Positions 55,034-64,000 of a stretch of 64,000 nt of DNA are shown piece after piece. Source of the stretch: Planctomycetota bacterium (GTDB taxonomy: Bacteria > Planctomycetota > Brocadiia > JAADGH01). The stretch's first letter is position 1. Each line of letters begins with the position of its first letter. The position numbers and the translations under genes are program-made. The stretch is from the NCBI GenBank assembly GCA_040755855.1, contig JBFMAD010000002.1:32001-96000 (forward strand), given 5' to 3'. The notes under the pieces are model-generated. The model worked only from the letters and a program-made list of their open reading frames with translations, was not told the DNA's origin and ran no database searches.

Positions 55034-55117
55034 GTAGCGAAAGTCGCCAGACTTCCGACTCTCCTGAGACTCGTAAAGCCTTCCCGTCGCAATCTGAACT
55101 CTGGCGAGTTCAGCTAC
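55034..55117. repeat. GTAG-type REP inverted pair (REPIN-like)
   Basis: GTAGCGAAAGTCGCCAGACTTCCG (55034-55057) and the reverse complement of GTAGCTGAACTCGCCAGAGTTCAG (55094-55117). Confidence 0.75.
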
Positions 55118-55130
55118 GATGCAAAGTCCA

Positions 55131-56324
55131 TCAGTCCCACCCGGCAACGGTCCATCGAACCCCCCCGCGCGGGAAGGCGACGCCCACCAGCCGGTCCACC
55201 TGCTCCGGGCCGGCGCCGTAGGTCATGACGAAGGCGTTGTGCACGCGCTTCTCCAGCTCGGTCACCTCCGTCAGCGGTAGGTTGATCCATGTGTTGTTCC
55301 GCCGCGAACTCTCGCGCAGGGCGAAGAGAATCTCCAGGTCGCGCCGGGCGTTCAACGCGCCGTAGGCCGGTTCGGTGTTCTCGACGATCGCCTTGTGGAA
55401 TCCCACCAGCAGCGCCATCCGCGCCACCTCGTCGTTGTCGGCGGCGCGATAGTTCTTGAAGGGATTCTCGAAGACAACGGGCGGGTCGGTATCCACGCGC
55501 ATGTGATCGAGCACCTTGACGCCTTCGATCTCGGTGTATTCCTCCAGGAAGGGGAACTTCTTGAATTCGTACTGTGAGCCGATGTAGAGCTCGTTGCCGG
55601 CGATCTGCCCCTTTGTGCCCTCTAAGTCCCAGCGCGGGCTGGTGCGTCCGCGCGGCGGCCCCTCGAAGAGGCAGACCACGCCGTTTTGGAACTCGATGAA
55701 CGCCGCGTCCCACACCTCCTCGGTCACGCGGTAGCCCTCATAGCCCATAAAGGGCGGCACGGGAACCTTGCCCGTGTAGCCGAGGACGCGCTTCGCCTCG
55801 CTGCGGAGGAGCATCCGCACCGCATTCAGCCCATGATACTCCGCCTTGTGGGTGTAGCAGAGGCGCGTGTGGGTGATCTCCCCGATTAGGCCCGTGTCAA
55901 TGATCTTGCGCTTGAGCTGCTCCCGCGCCCATAAATAGACCTGCTCGGCGATCTCCAGCTTCACGCCGTGTTCCTGCGCGGTCCGGATCATGAAGTCGGC
56001 GGCAGGGAGCGTCGGGGCGATGGGGATTTCGTTGATGACGTGAACACCATGCTTTGCCGCGAGGCCGGTGACCATGGTGTTGCTGTCCGGGGCGGTGGCA
56101 TTGAGGAGGACGTCGGGCCTGTCCTCCTCCAGCATGGTGCGGAGGTTCGTGTAGGACTTCACGCCCCATCGTTCGGCATTTTCCTTCGCCCGCTCGGGGA
56201 TTACCTCACAGAGGGCGTAGAAGTCGTAGAGGTCGCTGAACTCGGTCAGTTTCCTCAGCGTGGAGAGCCACGCCTGCCCCCGTCCCCTTCCCGCGCCGAC
56301 GATTGCGATCCGAAGCCTGTTCAT
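55131..56324 (-). CDS. Gfo/Idh/MocA family oxidoreductase
   Basis: IAIVGAG.GRG Rossmann motif; HVINEIP corresponding to the EKP motif. Confidence 0.85.
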   Translation of the reverse strand: MNRLRIAIVGAGRGRGQAWLSTLRKLTEFSDLYDFYALCEVIPERAKENAERWGVKSYTNLRTMLEEDRPDVLLNATAPDSNTMVTGLAAKHGVHVINEIPIAPTLPAADFMIRTAQEHGVKLEIAEQVYLWAREQLKRKIIDTGLIGEITHTRLCYTHKAEYHGLNAVRMLLRSEAKRVLGYTGKVPVPPFMGYEGYRVTEEVWDAAFIEFQNGVVCLFEGPPRGRTSPRWDLEGTKGQIAGNELYIGSQYEFKKFPFLEEYTEIEGVKVLDHMRVDTDPPVVFENPFKNYRAADNDEVARMALLVGFHKAIVENTEPAYGALNARRDLEILFALRESSRRNNTWINLPLTEVTELEKRVHNAFVMTYGAGPEQVDRLVGVAFPRGGVRWTVAGWD

Positions 56325-56334
56325 AGCAATCTCC

Positions 56335-58545
56335 TTAACTGCCTTCTTGACCCTTGGGTCTAAGGATAACAACGTCGCCGCGGTCCGTGGCCGCTTCAAT
56401 GATCGGTCCCGAGGCGGTCCACTTCTTGCGACCGCGCTCGACGGTCACGTCCTTCGCAATGGTGTTCTCGATCCGCAGCGGACCGCCGACCTCGCTTACT
56501 ATCCTGACCTCGGCGATAGCGCCGTCTCGTCTCGCCGCGCTCACGAGGAACGCGCCCTCGGTTCGCATATCCGTGTAGGAAAGATCGCGCCAGCGCTCCG
56601 GCGCGCCGGGCATGATGCGGATCACGCCCTTCACGCACTGCAGGAGCATCTCCTGCACGGCGGCGACGGCGGCCATCCCCGCCTCGATCTGCATGATCTC
56701 CTTGTCGTGCGTGCGCCCCGCGAGGACGGAGAAGCCCTTGACGTGCGCGTCGTGCAGCGTGCCGTTGTTCTCGTTGGTGAAGACCCGCCGCCAGATCTCC
56801 AGGAGCAGCTCGGCCATGTCGCCGTTGCGCAAACGCGAATGGATGATCGAGGCCCACGGCACGCACCACCCGCTCCACTCGCCCATGCCCTTCGCGGTCC
56901 ATGTGCGGATCGAGCGGGCCACGACTCCCTTGCCCGGCTCGCGGTCGCACTCGATCGTGTCGAAGGGATAGATGCCGGCCAGGTGGGAATGGTGGCGGTG
57001 GGAGTGGTCCAGCCCCTGCCCCTCCCATAGGGCGATCTGCTCGCCGCCCGGCGGACCCATTGGGCAGTAGCGCGGCAGGCGCTCGGAGATATCGCGCCAT
57101 CTCGCCTCCGGCTCGATGCCGAGGATCTTCGACGCCTCGATCAGCGCGTCGCAGAGGAAGTGCGCGCAGGCGAGCTGAAACGAGGCGTTCGCGCCCCAGG
57201 CGTTCATTGCGCTGCCGCCGTACTCGGGGCTGACGGTCACGGGCAGGACGAGCCGGCCGTCGCGCTTCTCCATCATCTCCTCATAGACGCGCATGGTCCC
57301 TCGCATGAAGGGGTAAGCCGTGTCGCGCAGGAAGTCCTCATCCATCGAGTATCGGTAATACAGCCACATGAGCTGCGCGACCCATGCCGTCGAGCCGTGG
57401 TCAATCGTGCCGGTCCAGAATCCGCCCATGCAGACGCATCGGTCGTCCACCGCGTGCGGGAGCATGAGGCCGTCGTCAATGCCGAGGAAGGTCCTGGCGT
57501 TGTGGCGGAGCTGCGGCGCCCAGGAGATGATCATGTCAAACAGCCGCCGGATGTGCGAGAGGCGGTTGCCCATGAAGGTCGGCCAGTAGCACTCCTGCAC
57601 GTTGATATTGAAGTGGTAGTCGCTCGACCAGGGGGGCATCTGATGCTCCTCGACCCACGCCCCCTGGAGCGTGGCGGGGACGCCGGCGGGATTGGTCAGG
57701 CCGGCGAATTTGTACATGCCGTAATAATAGATGAAGGCCAGGTCTTCCGAGGGCATGTCAATGGACGGCGCATCGGACCAATATGCCTTCCACCACGTTT
57801 TGTTACAATTGCGAATTTTCGCAAATCCGTCAATCTCCGCCTGTTCGATCATGCTGCGGGCGTTGTCCTTTGCCTCGGCGTCGGTCTCGCCATACGCCGA
57901 CACGATGACGAGCGCGTCGCCGGTCTGCCGATAGCCGAGGCACATCGTCGGATCGGCGGGGCGCATCTGCACCCAGCCGGACATGGCCTTGCCGTTGAAC
58001 TGCTTCGGCGGCTCGAAGCTGATTGACTTCAGATAGTCGCCGACGAACTCCCACGACGGAACGGGGCGGATGCGCTTCAAACGCAGCCCCTTCGGGAGAT
58101 TGACGTAGAGGAGGGGCTGGTCCATCGAGAGCACGAAGCGGAGATCGAAGGTCTTGCGCCCCTGCTCAATCGTGACTGTGACCTCCCCTGTTTGAATATC
58201 GAGTATGCCCATGACCGGTCGGGCGTTCTTTCCGAAGTCGAGTTCGAGCCTCCCCATCGGCAGGATGGAGGGGCGTCGCGGCTGTCCCTCGGGTGGAGGG
58301 GGGCCTTCGAAGATCGCGCGCAGGTGAGCTTCGTCGCCCTTCTCCAGACATTCTCGGATGTTCTTGAACGTCATCTGTTCGTTCCAGGCCATCCCGCCGC
58401 GTCGGTCCCAGAAGTCGGCGCGGTTCACGGTGATATGGAGTTTGTCCTCGCCCCAGATCATTGCGCCGAACGTCCCGTTGGCCTGGAGGATGCCGCGATG
58501 GACGCGAGTCAAAGGAAAGCGCCATTTGATTCTCTTGATCTTCAT
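56335..58545 (-). CDS. GH95-like glycoside hydrolase (alpha-L-fucosidase-like)
   Basis: ANGTFGAMIWG, LQGAW, WSSDYHFNIN, SPEY, HRHHSHL..IYP, QIEA. Confidence 0.8.
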   Translation of the reverse strand: MKIKRIKWRFPLTRVHRGILQANGTFGAMIWGEDKLHITVNRADFWDRRGGMAWNEQMTFKNIRECLEKGDEAHLRAIFEGPPPPEGQPRRPSILPMGRLELDFGKNARPVMGILDIQTGEVTVTIEQGRKTFDLRFVLSMDQPLLYVNLPKGLRLKRIRPVPSWEFVGDYLKSISFEPPKQFNGKAMSGWVQMRPADPTMCLGYRQTGDALVIVSAYGETDAEAKDNARSMIEQAEIDGFAKIRNCNKTWWKAYWSDAPSIDMPSEDLAFIYYYGMYKFAGLTNPAGVPATLQGAWVEEHQMPPWSSDYHFNINVQECYWPTFMGNRLSHIRRLFDMIISWAPQLRHNARTFLGIDDGLMLPHAVDDRCVCMGGFWTGTIDHGSTAWVAQLMWLYYRYSMDEDFLRDTAYPFMRGTMRVYEEMMEKRDGRLVLPVTVSPEYGGSAMNAWGANASFQLACAHFLCDALIEASKILGIEPEARWRDISERLPRYCPMGPPGGEQIALWEGQGLDHSHRHHSHLAGIYPFDTIECDREPGKGVVARSIRTWTAKGMGEWSGWCVPWASIIHSRLRNGDMAELLLEIWRRVFTNENNGTLHDAHVKGFSVLAGRTHDKEIMQIEAGMAAVAAVQEMLLQCVKGVIRIMPGAPERWRDLSYTDMRTEGAFLVSAARRDGAIAEVRIVSEVGGPLRIENTIAKDVTVERGRKKWTASGPIIEAATDRGDVVILRPKGQEGS

Positions 58546-58590
58546 TTCATGTTCCTCAATGTGCCGATGAAAGGCTGTACAACGAGCAAG

Positions 58591-58619
58591 AGAATAGAGG
58601 TTAGTCAGGGGCGTGTCAA
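58591..58619 (-). promoter_or_regulatory. sigma70-type promoter of the GH95 operon
   Basis: TTGACA-N17-TATTCT. Confidence 0.65.
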
Positions 58620-58664
58620 GAACAGAAGCCCAATCGGAGGGATGTTATCTCAGACCCAGCAAGC

Positions 58665-59552
58665 TTATTCGCCTTTCGTTCGGAGTCCCAGATCGAAAGG
58701 GCCGTTGGGCTTGATCCCTGCTGCGCGTTCGTCTGCCTCCAAGTCGTTCAGGGAATCGCCGACGAAGACACGTTGCCAACGGCCATCGCGTACGCCGAAG
58801 CGTTCGTCATGGGGTCCGGTACCGAAGGCCTCGGTCAGTGGTGCCTTAGGTTCACAAGGATTTTCGTAGATTTGAACGCGTAGATGATAGAGAGAATCGT
58901 CGGCATTGGCGCTTTCCGCCTCGTTAAGCATGGCGAGCGCAGCGTCGTCATCAAGGGGCTGTCCCGCCTCACGTATTCTCTGCTTTATCCGAATCCCAAG
59001 GCGTCTCGCTCCTTCGTCTACCATTCCCAAGACGCACACGGCGCTGATGGTTGTGTTTTGAGGCTCAAGCGGATTGCCGTTCTTCCATCGGACCATCTTG
59101 CCGCCGGGAGCGAAAGTCGAGGTCATACGCGAGCTGTCACAGGCCCCGGTTTCGCCGTCATACGGCATCGTCAACCCAAGCGCGCCAAGCATAGCCTCGA
59201 TGATGAATCGCTGTTTCAAGAAGCGAAAGGAATCGTGGGGATCCGCCAGCACGATTGCGCACATGCGCCCCTTGAGGTCCTTAAGGTGCTGACGTTCCCT
59301 CTCTATCTTCTTGCGTATCTGCGTGCGGATGGTTGAGAGGTCCACCGCCCCGACCTTGTTCGGCATGTAGGTCGGGGTGTCAAACTCCGTCACCTCGAAG
59401 AACACTTCGGAACCGCCCACAACAACTCGGTAATCGGGATGTTTGGTTGCGTCCTCAACGGACGGATGGTACTCGAAGTCGGTAAGTTGTCTCTCCTTTA
59501 GGTAGGTCTCGAACCACTGCTCAGAAACTGGTTTTCCAGTTGTCTTGTTCAT
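58665..59552 (-). CDS. Hypothetical protein, possible PD-(D/E)xK-like nuclease fold
   Basis: E...PDY-x-FFEVT pattern; lower-GC codon usage. Confidence 0.55.
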   Translation of the reverse strand: MNKTTGKPVSEQWFETYLKERQLTDFEYHPSVEDATKHPDYRVVVGGSEVFFEVTEFDTPTYMPNKVGAVDLSTIRTQIRKKIERERQHLKDLKGRMCAIVLADPHDSFRFLKQRFIIEAMLGALGLTMPYDGETGACDSSRMTSTFAPGGKMVRWKNGNPLEPQNTTISAVCVLGMVDEGARRLGIRIKQRIREAGQPLDDDAALAMLNEAESANADDSLYHLRVQIYENPCEPKAPLTEAFGTGPHDERFGVRDGRWQRVFVGDSLNDLEADERAAGIKPNGPFDLGLRTKGE

Positions 59553-59575
59553 CCAGACTCATCTTGGCTGTTATG

Positions 59576-59788
59576 TCACGCATATATCAGTCGCCCCTTT
59601 GGCTTAGGGATTGGGCGTCCTAACTCCTTCGCCGTTTCGATCCATTCCTGGATGATCTGTTCGGCATTGGCCAGGGCTTCCTGGTAGGTCTTGCCGTCCG
59701 CCATGCAGCCGGGGAGTTCGGGCACTTCCGCTACAAAGGCATTATCTTCCTTGCTCCAGAAGATGATGATCTCGTATTTGTTCTTCAT
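59576..59788 (-). CDS. hicB: HicB family antitoxin (short, no obvious DNA-binding domain)
   Basis: FVAEVPELPGCMADG.T..EAL.N....I..W......GRPIP. Confidence 0.9.
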   Translation of the reverse strand: MKNKYEIIIFWSKEDNAFVAEVPELPGCMADGKTYQEALANAEQIIQEWIETAKELGRPIPKPKGRLIYA

Positions 59789-60045
59789 TTCTGTTCTCCC
59801 AGCATCAGACCATAGCGGAGTATCACATCCCTCACCTGCTTCACCTGATAGGGCTTGGCCTTGGACCCCCTTGGTTGCAGGTTCAAAATCTCCGCCAGTC
59901 CTTCCATCGTGAAAATATGATGGTCGCCCTTAACCCGTTCTTCAAATCCGAGCCGTTTAAGCAGTGTACACAGCCCCAGAAAGGGGACGTTGGCGTCTGA
60001 ACGCCGCATGAGAATGAACTGGTACAGTTTCTCGTGCTTGTCCAC
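59785..60045 (-). CDS. hicA: HicA family toxin
   Basis: L..LGF..RVKGDHHIF, NLQP...KAKPYQVKQ; ATGA overlap with hicB. Confidence 0.88.
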   Translation of the reverse strand: MDKHEKLYQFILMRRSDANVPFLGLCTLLKRLGFEERVKGDHHIFTMEGLAEILNLQPRGSKAKPYQVKQVRDVILRYGLMLGEQK

Positions 60046-60112
60046 GCCACCACAAGACCCGTCTAAAAACAAACTCACCAGTTTTTATGATAATCGGCAA
60101 TCTGCGCGCTTG

Positions 60113-61234
60113 TCAAGGAGCATTTTCACTCGGCGCGTCGGTCTTGCGGATGACGATGTAGTGGACGGCAATACCGACGACGAATCCCACGGCCATGTTG
60201 AGGAGCAGGGAGCCGGCGACGGTGGCGGCCAGGGGGAGGAGCGCGCGGTCGAGGCGAATGTCGCGGGCGAACTTGACGAGCTCGATCCCGACGAGGAACA
60301 TCATCGCGCCGACAATTGCCACGGGAAAGGCGGCAAAGAGCGCGGCAATGCTCCCGGCGAAGAACAGTCCCAACGAAATTTCAATTGCGCCTTCGATGAT
60401 GTTCGTCCCCCCGGTCCGCGCGCCGAAATAGTACTGCCCGGCCAGGCCGCCCGCCCCGTGGCACATGGGCATGCCACCCAGGAGCGGGGCAATGAGGTTC
60501 ATGACCCCCATGCTGAGCGATAGCTGACGCTCCGTCACCCGGCGATCGGGCCAGTACTGGGCGATGAGCGCGACCGTGGCGATCACTGCGTTTGTGGCCG
60601 TGAGGGGAATCTGGGCCAGACCGCCGTCGCGCAAGACAGGCCAGATGAGGCGGGGGTCAAACATCGTCAGAGGAGGGAACGCAAAGGACAGGCCGGTGAC
60701 GCATCCCAGTTGCCGCCGAAACGCCATGATGGCAATGCCCAGGGCCATCAGCACCACGGCGGCGGGGGCGTATTTGTTTTTGCGAAGGAGGAGAACGATT
60801 GCGACGGCGATCAGCCCAAGCCACCACCAAGTGCGGATCATCTTCGTCCCTTCAATCGCCAGCAACGCGCCAAGCGCGATCTGAATCCCGCGGGTGACCG
60901 ACTTCGGCGTCCAACGCGCCACCCATTGCATGGCCCCCGTTGCGCCCATGAGGAGCCAGACAATCCCCATGACGATCCCCGACGTGTAGATCTTCTCCGG
61001 CGTCCACGCCTGGGCGATGGCCATGACGGCGAGGAGCTTCATCGGCTCGATCGGCATGGGCAGGCGATAGACCAGCCCGGTGACGATGTTCGCCAGCCCC
61101 ATCATCACGAGCAGCCCGGCGGGGTTCATCTTGCAGACGGTGAAGTAGCCGATGGCGAGGGGAAGGAGCGTGCCGAAGTCGCCCATCGATCCGGCCAGCT
61201 CGCGGAGATTGAACTCAAAAGACTTGATTCGCAC
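60113..61234 (-). CDS. MOT1-type molybdate/sulfate transporter
   Basis: GSMGDFGTLLP, P.PIEPMK, GMPMCHGAGGLAGQY.FGART. Confidence 0.88.
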   Translation of the reverse strand: MRIKSFEFNLRELAGSMGDFGTLLPLAIGYFTVCKMNPAGLLVMMGLANIVTGLVYRLPMPIEPMKLLAVMAIAQAWTPEKIYTSGIVMGIVWLLMGATGAMQWVARWTPKSVTRGIQIALGALLAIEGTKMIRTWWWLGLIAVAIVLLLRKNKYAPAAVVLMALGIAIMAFRRQLGCVTGLSFAFPPLTMFDPRLIWPVLRDGGLAQIPLTATNAVIATVALIAQYWPDRRVTERQLSLSMGVMNLIAPLLGGMPMCHGAGGLAGQYYFGARTGGTNIIEGAIEISLGLFFAGSIAALFAAFPVAIVGAMMFLVGIELVKFARDIRLDRALLPLAATVAGSLLLNMAVGFVVGIAVHYIVIRKTDAPSENAP

Positions 61235-61267
61235 GATTATCTCCCGAACGCGCTAATAACCAAGGAC

Positions 61268-61762
61268 TTACCTCTTGATGGGAATCGTGTGCTCGCCGTG
61301 GCAGTCGGTGCAGATCGCGCCGGCCGCGATCACCCGTCCGTTGGGGCGCGTCTTTCCTGCCCAGTGGATGCGAAAGGACAAAACCTTCAACGGAGACTTG
61401 TGCGCCTTATGGCATTCCCTGCAAAGATACTCGATATCCTCTCTCCCCCAGACGATGTCGGTCTTGGGTGGGGATGTCTTGGTCAATCGGTGCGCTTCCG
61501 ATGGGCCGTGACAAACCGCACAGGTGATCCTTGCCTCAAGGTGACAGGATGCCACTGGCTCCGCCTCAAAGGATTCGTGACAGGAAAGGCACGCCGAGTT
61601 GTCCAGGGGGCCTGCGGACATTTCGATAGGCTTCACGAGCGGCAAGGTGGAGGAATCCCCGCCTTTCTTTGTCGGCGACGTCTCACAGCCTGCCGCGCCC
61701 AGCACCAGTGAGACGGCAGCAAATACATGAAGGGTCGCCGCACGATGGGTCACACAGATCAT
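61268..61762 (-). CDS. Tetraheme c-type cytochrome lipoprotein
   Basis: AAGC lipobox; CLSCH, CAVCH, CRECH, CTDCH. Confidence 0.85.
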   Translation of the reverse strand: MICVTHRAATLHVFAAVSLVLGAAGCETSPTKKGGDSSTLPLVKPIEMSAGPLDNSACLSCHESFEAEPVASCHLEARITCAVCHGPSEAHRLTKTSPPKTDIVWGREDIEYLCRECHKAHKSPLKVLSFRIHWAGKTRPNGRVIAAGAICTDCHGEHTIPIKR

Positions 61763-61771
61763 CCCTTATGA

Positions 61772-62527
61772 TTACCTCCCGAACGGACAGATGCGGTCGA
61801 GTCCCAACAGCGCCGCCGCGCCGGAGATCGTGTTGCCGAAGAAGACGAGAGGCTTCCCGGACGCCTCGAATCGTTCCTTGATTTCGTCAATCGTCCCATT
61901 CACAATGCTCGACCCCGTCGCAAGGCCGACCTCGCACCAATCCACGAGACGCGGCAGATCGGTCCCGCCGTCCCACACCCGCACCCCACATTTGAGCGAA
62001 CCGATGTTGTCGGGGTTCAGGTCGAGGACGCGGACAGACTCGGCCCCGAAGCGCTCCACAAGACCACTCAGAATCCCCGGTTGAAGGCCGATCAGGCCGA
62101 GCCTTTTTGGGCCAAAGCGTTCTTCGATCCTCCGGGCCATCTCTCGCCCGCAGCGGATGGGGTCTTCGTCCTTGCAGTGGATCGTGCCGGAGGCGACCTC
62201 GAAGGAACGCAACACCGCGTTCATCGCCGCGACGAACACCGCTCTGTTGCGCGCGTCCCCCAGAACCAGGGAAAGAATGTCATCGAGGGTTCCCGACCAA
62301 TTGGAGGGGGCGTCGGTGAACGCCTGACCGCGCGCACCCGTGAACGTCGCCTCCACCACGCGCTCCTTTCCTTTCTTGATGGCAAGCGTTCCATCAGCCT
62401 TCGCCCCCACAGCGTCTCCAGGCGAAAGCGGACGGACAATGACCCGGAGCGACCGGTCAACGTCCTCTTCCTTTAGAACGCGGGCAAATTCGTTCCTGGC
62501 CTGTTCCAGAATTCCCATGTGGCTCAT
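61772..62527 (-). CDS. DUF364 family Rossmann-like protein
   Basis: GQAFTD, AAMNAV, VLDLNPDNIG, TGSSIVNGT, FFGNTISG. Confidence 0.75.
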   Translation of the reverse strand: MSHMGILEQARNEFARVLKEEDVDRSLRVIVRPLSPGDAVGAKADGTLAIKKGKERVVEATFTGARGQAFTDAPSNWSGTLDDILSLVLGDARNRAVFVAAMNAVLRSFEVASGTIHCKDEDPIRCGREMARRIEERFGPKRLGLIGLQPGILSGLVERFGAESVRVLDLNPDNIGSLKCGVRVWDGGTDLPRLVDWCEVGLATGSSIVNGTIDEIKERFEASGKPLVFFGNTISGAAALLGLDRICPFGR

Positions 62528-63237
62528 CCGACAGCTTGGGCGGCGTGGAGCCGTCCATCCTCCATCTCATAGGTTCGATCAAAGATATCCAGGGCGCGGT
62601 GGTCGTGCGTCACCACGATGACGCCAGCGTCTTGCTCGTGAGCCACTTGCCCAAATAGTTCCATCACCTGCCGTCCGAGGCGGCTGTCGAGGGCCGCTGT
62701 GGGTTCATCGGCAAGGATGAGGCTCGGCTGATTGGCCAGGGCGCGCGCCACGGCCACGCGCTGCTGCTCCCCGCCCGAGAGCATAAACGGCAGGTTGTGG
62801 ATGCGCTCGGCGAGGCCAAGATAGTCCAGCAGCTCCCGCGCCCGCCGGCGCGCCGCCCGCGGGGGCATGTCGTTGATCTCCAACGCCACCTGCACGTTCT
62901 GCAGCGCCGTCAGGAACGGGATCAGGTTTGTCTTCTGAAAGACGAAGCCCAGGTGCTGCCGGCGAAAGGCTCTCAAATCCACCAATGGTTCCTTTGCTTC
63001 CATGACAGGGATTCCGGAGATCGCAATCCTGCCGGTGGTGGGCGGATTGATGAGGCCGATGACGCTGAGCAGGGTGGACTTGCCCGCCCCGCTCGGCCCA
63101 AGCACCGCCACCACCTCGCCGCGGGCCACAGCGAAGGAGACGTCTTTCATCGCCACGACCTCGGTGTGGCCGCTGCCGTAGATTTTTGTGAGACCGTCCG
63201 CCTCCACGGCGGGAGGCTCGCCGGAAAACGTGTTCAT
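62524..63237 (-). CDS. ABC transporter ATP-binding protein (LolD/MacB-like)
   Basis: [25 protein letters not shown]. Confidence 0.93.
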   Translation of the reverse strand: MNTFSGEPPAVEADGLTKIYGSGHTEVVAMKDVSFAVARGEVVAVLGPSGAGKSTLLSVIGLINPPTTGRIAISGIPVMEAKEPLVDLRAFRRQHLGFVFQKTNLIPFLTALQNVQVALEINDMPPRAARRRARELLDYLGLAERIHNLPFMLSGGEQQRVAVARALANQPSLILADEPTAALDSRLGRQVMELFGQVAHEQDAGVIVVTHDHRALDIFDRTYEMEDGRLHAAQAVG

Positions 63238-64000
63238 CAGGTCACCACAATATTCGGGTCAATCCGCATGGCCTTCCATATGCCCAACAGACTGGCCAGT
63301 ATCGAAATCACGAGGACAATCCCCGCCAGCATCCACGACCAGTCGCTCGTGATGACGACCCGGCGGGGAAAGAGCGGAAACAGCCGGCTCCCCAAGACCT
63401 GCGCCACGCCGTATCCGATCGCGCCGAGCAGAAGGGCCTGCTGGAGAATGAGGCCGACGACGACGGAATTGCGCGCCCCCATGAGCTTGAGCAGCGCGAT
63501 GTCGTGGGTCTTGTCGAGCGTGAGCGTGTAGATGATGAGCGCCATAATGATGGTCGAGACGATCAGCAGGATGGTGCGGAACAGGAAGATCTGCCGCCGC
63601 ATCCGGTCCACGCTGCGCAACAGCAGTTCTCTCTCTTCTTGATGAGTATAGACCGAGACGTCCGGCCATGCGGAAACGGTGCGAACCACTGACTCTACGT
63701 TCGTCCCAGGTGCCAAATCCACAAAAACTGCGCTTACCATCGGCTGGCTGATAGCGGGCAGGCCCGACGCTGGCCCCGCGGCGCGCTCCAGAATCGTCGG
63801 CTGGACCCGCCCGATGTCTTCCCTCGCCGCGCGGGCGCGGCGCGCCTCGCGCTCCATCCGGATGGCCTCGCCCGCCTCGTCGAACTGGACGGCCTGGGCG
63901 TCCGGGACGGTGAAGAACGCCATCCCGTCGCCGGCCATGGACGTCATGCCTTGCGTGAGGCCGACGACCGTGTAGGCGTCCTTGCCCAATTCAATCTTCT
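63237..64000 (-). CDS. ABC transporter permease (FtsX/MacB-like), 5' part outside the window
   Basis: DIALLKLMGA motif and three C-terminal TM helices. Confidence 0.88.
   Translation of the reverse strand, partial: KIELGKDAYTVVGLTQGMTSMAGDGMAFFTVPDAQAVQFDEAGEAIRMEREARRARAAREDIGRVQPTILERAAGPASGLPAISQPMVSAVFVDLAPGTNVESVVRTVSAWPDVSVYTHQEERELLLRSVDRMRRQIFLFRTILLIVSTIIMALIIYTLTLDKTHDIALLKLMGARNSVVVGLILQQALLLGAIGYGVAQVLGSRLFPLFPRRVVITSDWSWMLAGIVLVISILASLLGIWKAMRIDPNIVVT

Overview
A GC-rich, gene-dense bacterial chromosomal window. Planctomycetota/PVC origin is likely, inferred only from multiple sulfatases, HEAT-repeat proteins and glycan-degradation genes. It holds about 60 CDS and two tRNAs (Phe-GAA, Thr-CGT). 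No rRNA, CRISPR array, transposase, integrase or reverse transcriptase is visible. Housekeeping and metabolic genes (ctpA-like, tsaD, larB, nnrD, an orphan 2-oxoacid dehydrogenase E2, ilvC, citrate synthase) alternate with several accessory blocks: (i) a STAS gene plus a PilZ/anti-sigma kinase fusion; (ii) a REP-bounded block with an SPL-like radical SAM enzyme, a PIN toxin-antitoxin pair, a four-helix-bundle gene with 9-bp repeats and a second PIN-like gene; (iii) a GT2/sulfotransferase/WecE/methyltransferase operon converging on a sulfatase-like gene and a GT-C gene; (iv) a glycan degradation and salvage cluster including a GHMP kinase-nucleotidyltransferase fusion; (v) HicAB with a nuclease-like gene; (vi) an ABC/DUF364/tetraheme cytochrome/MOT1 operon. 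Non-coding highlights are several REP/REPIN/MITE-like palindrome families, a structured leader of about 255 nt upstream of a small Cys-rich secreted protein, and two probable leaderless mRNAs. Two sulfatase-like proteins carry Thr at the nucleophile position, and one appears to start at ATA. All family calls come from motif recognition by eye; no database search was run.
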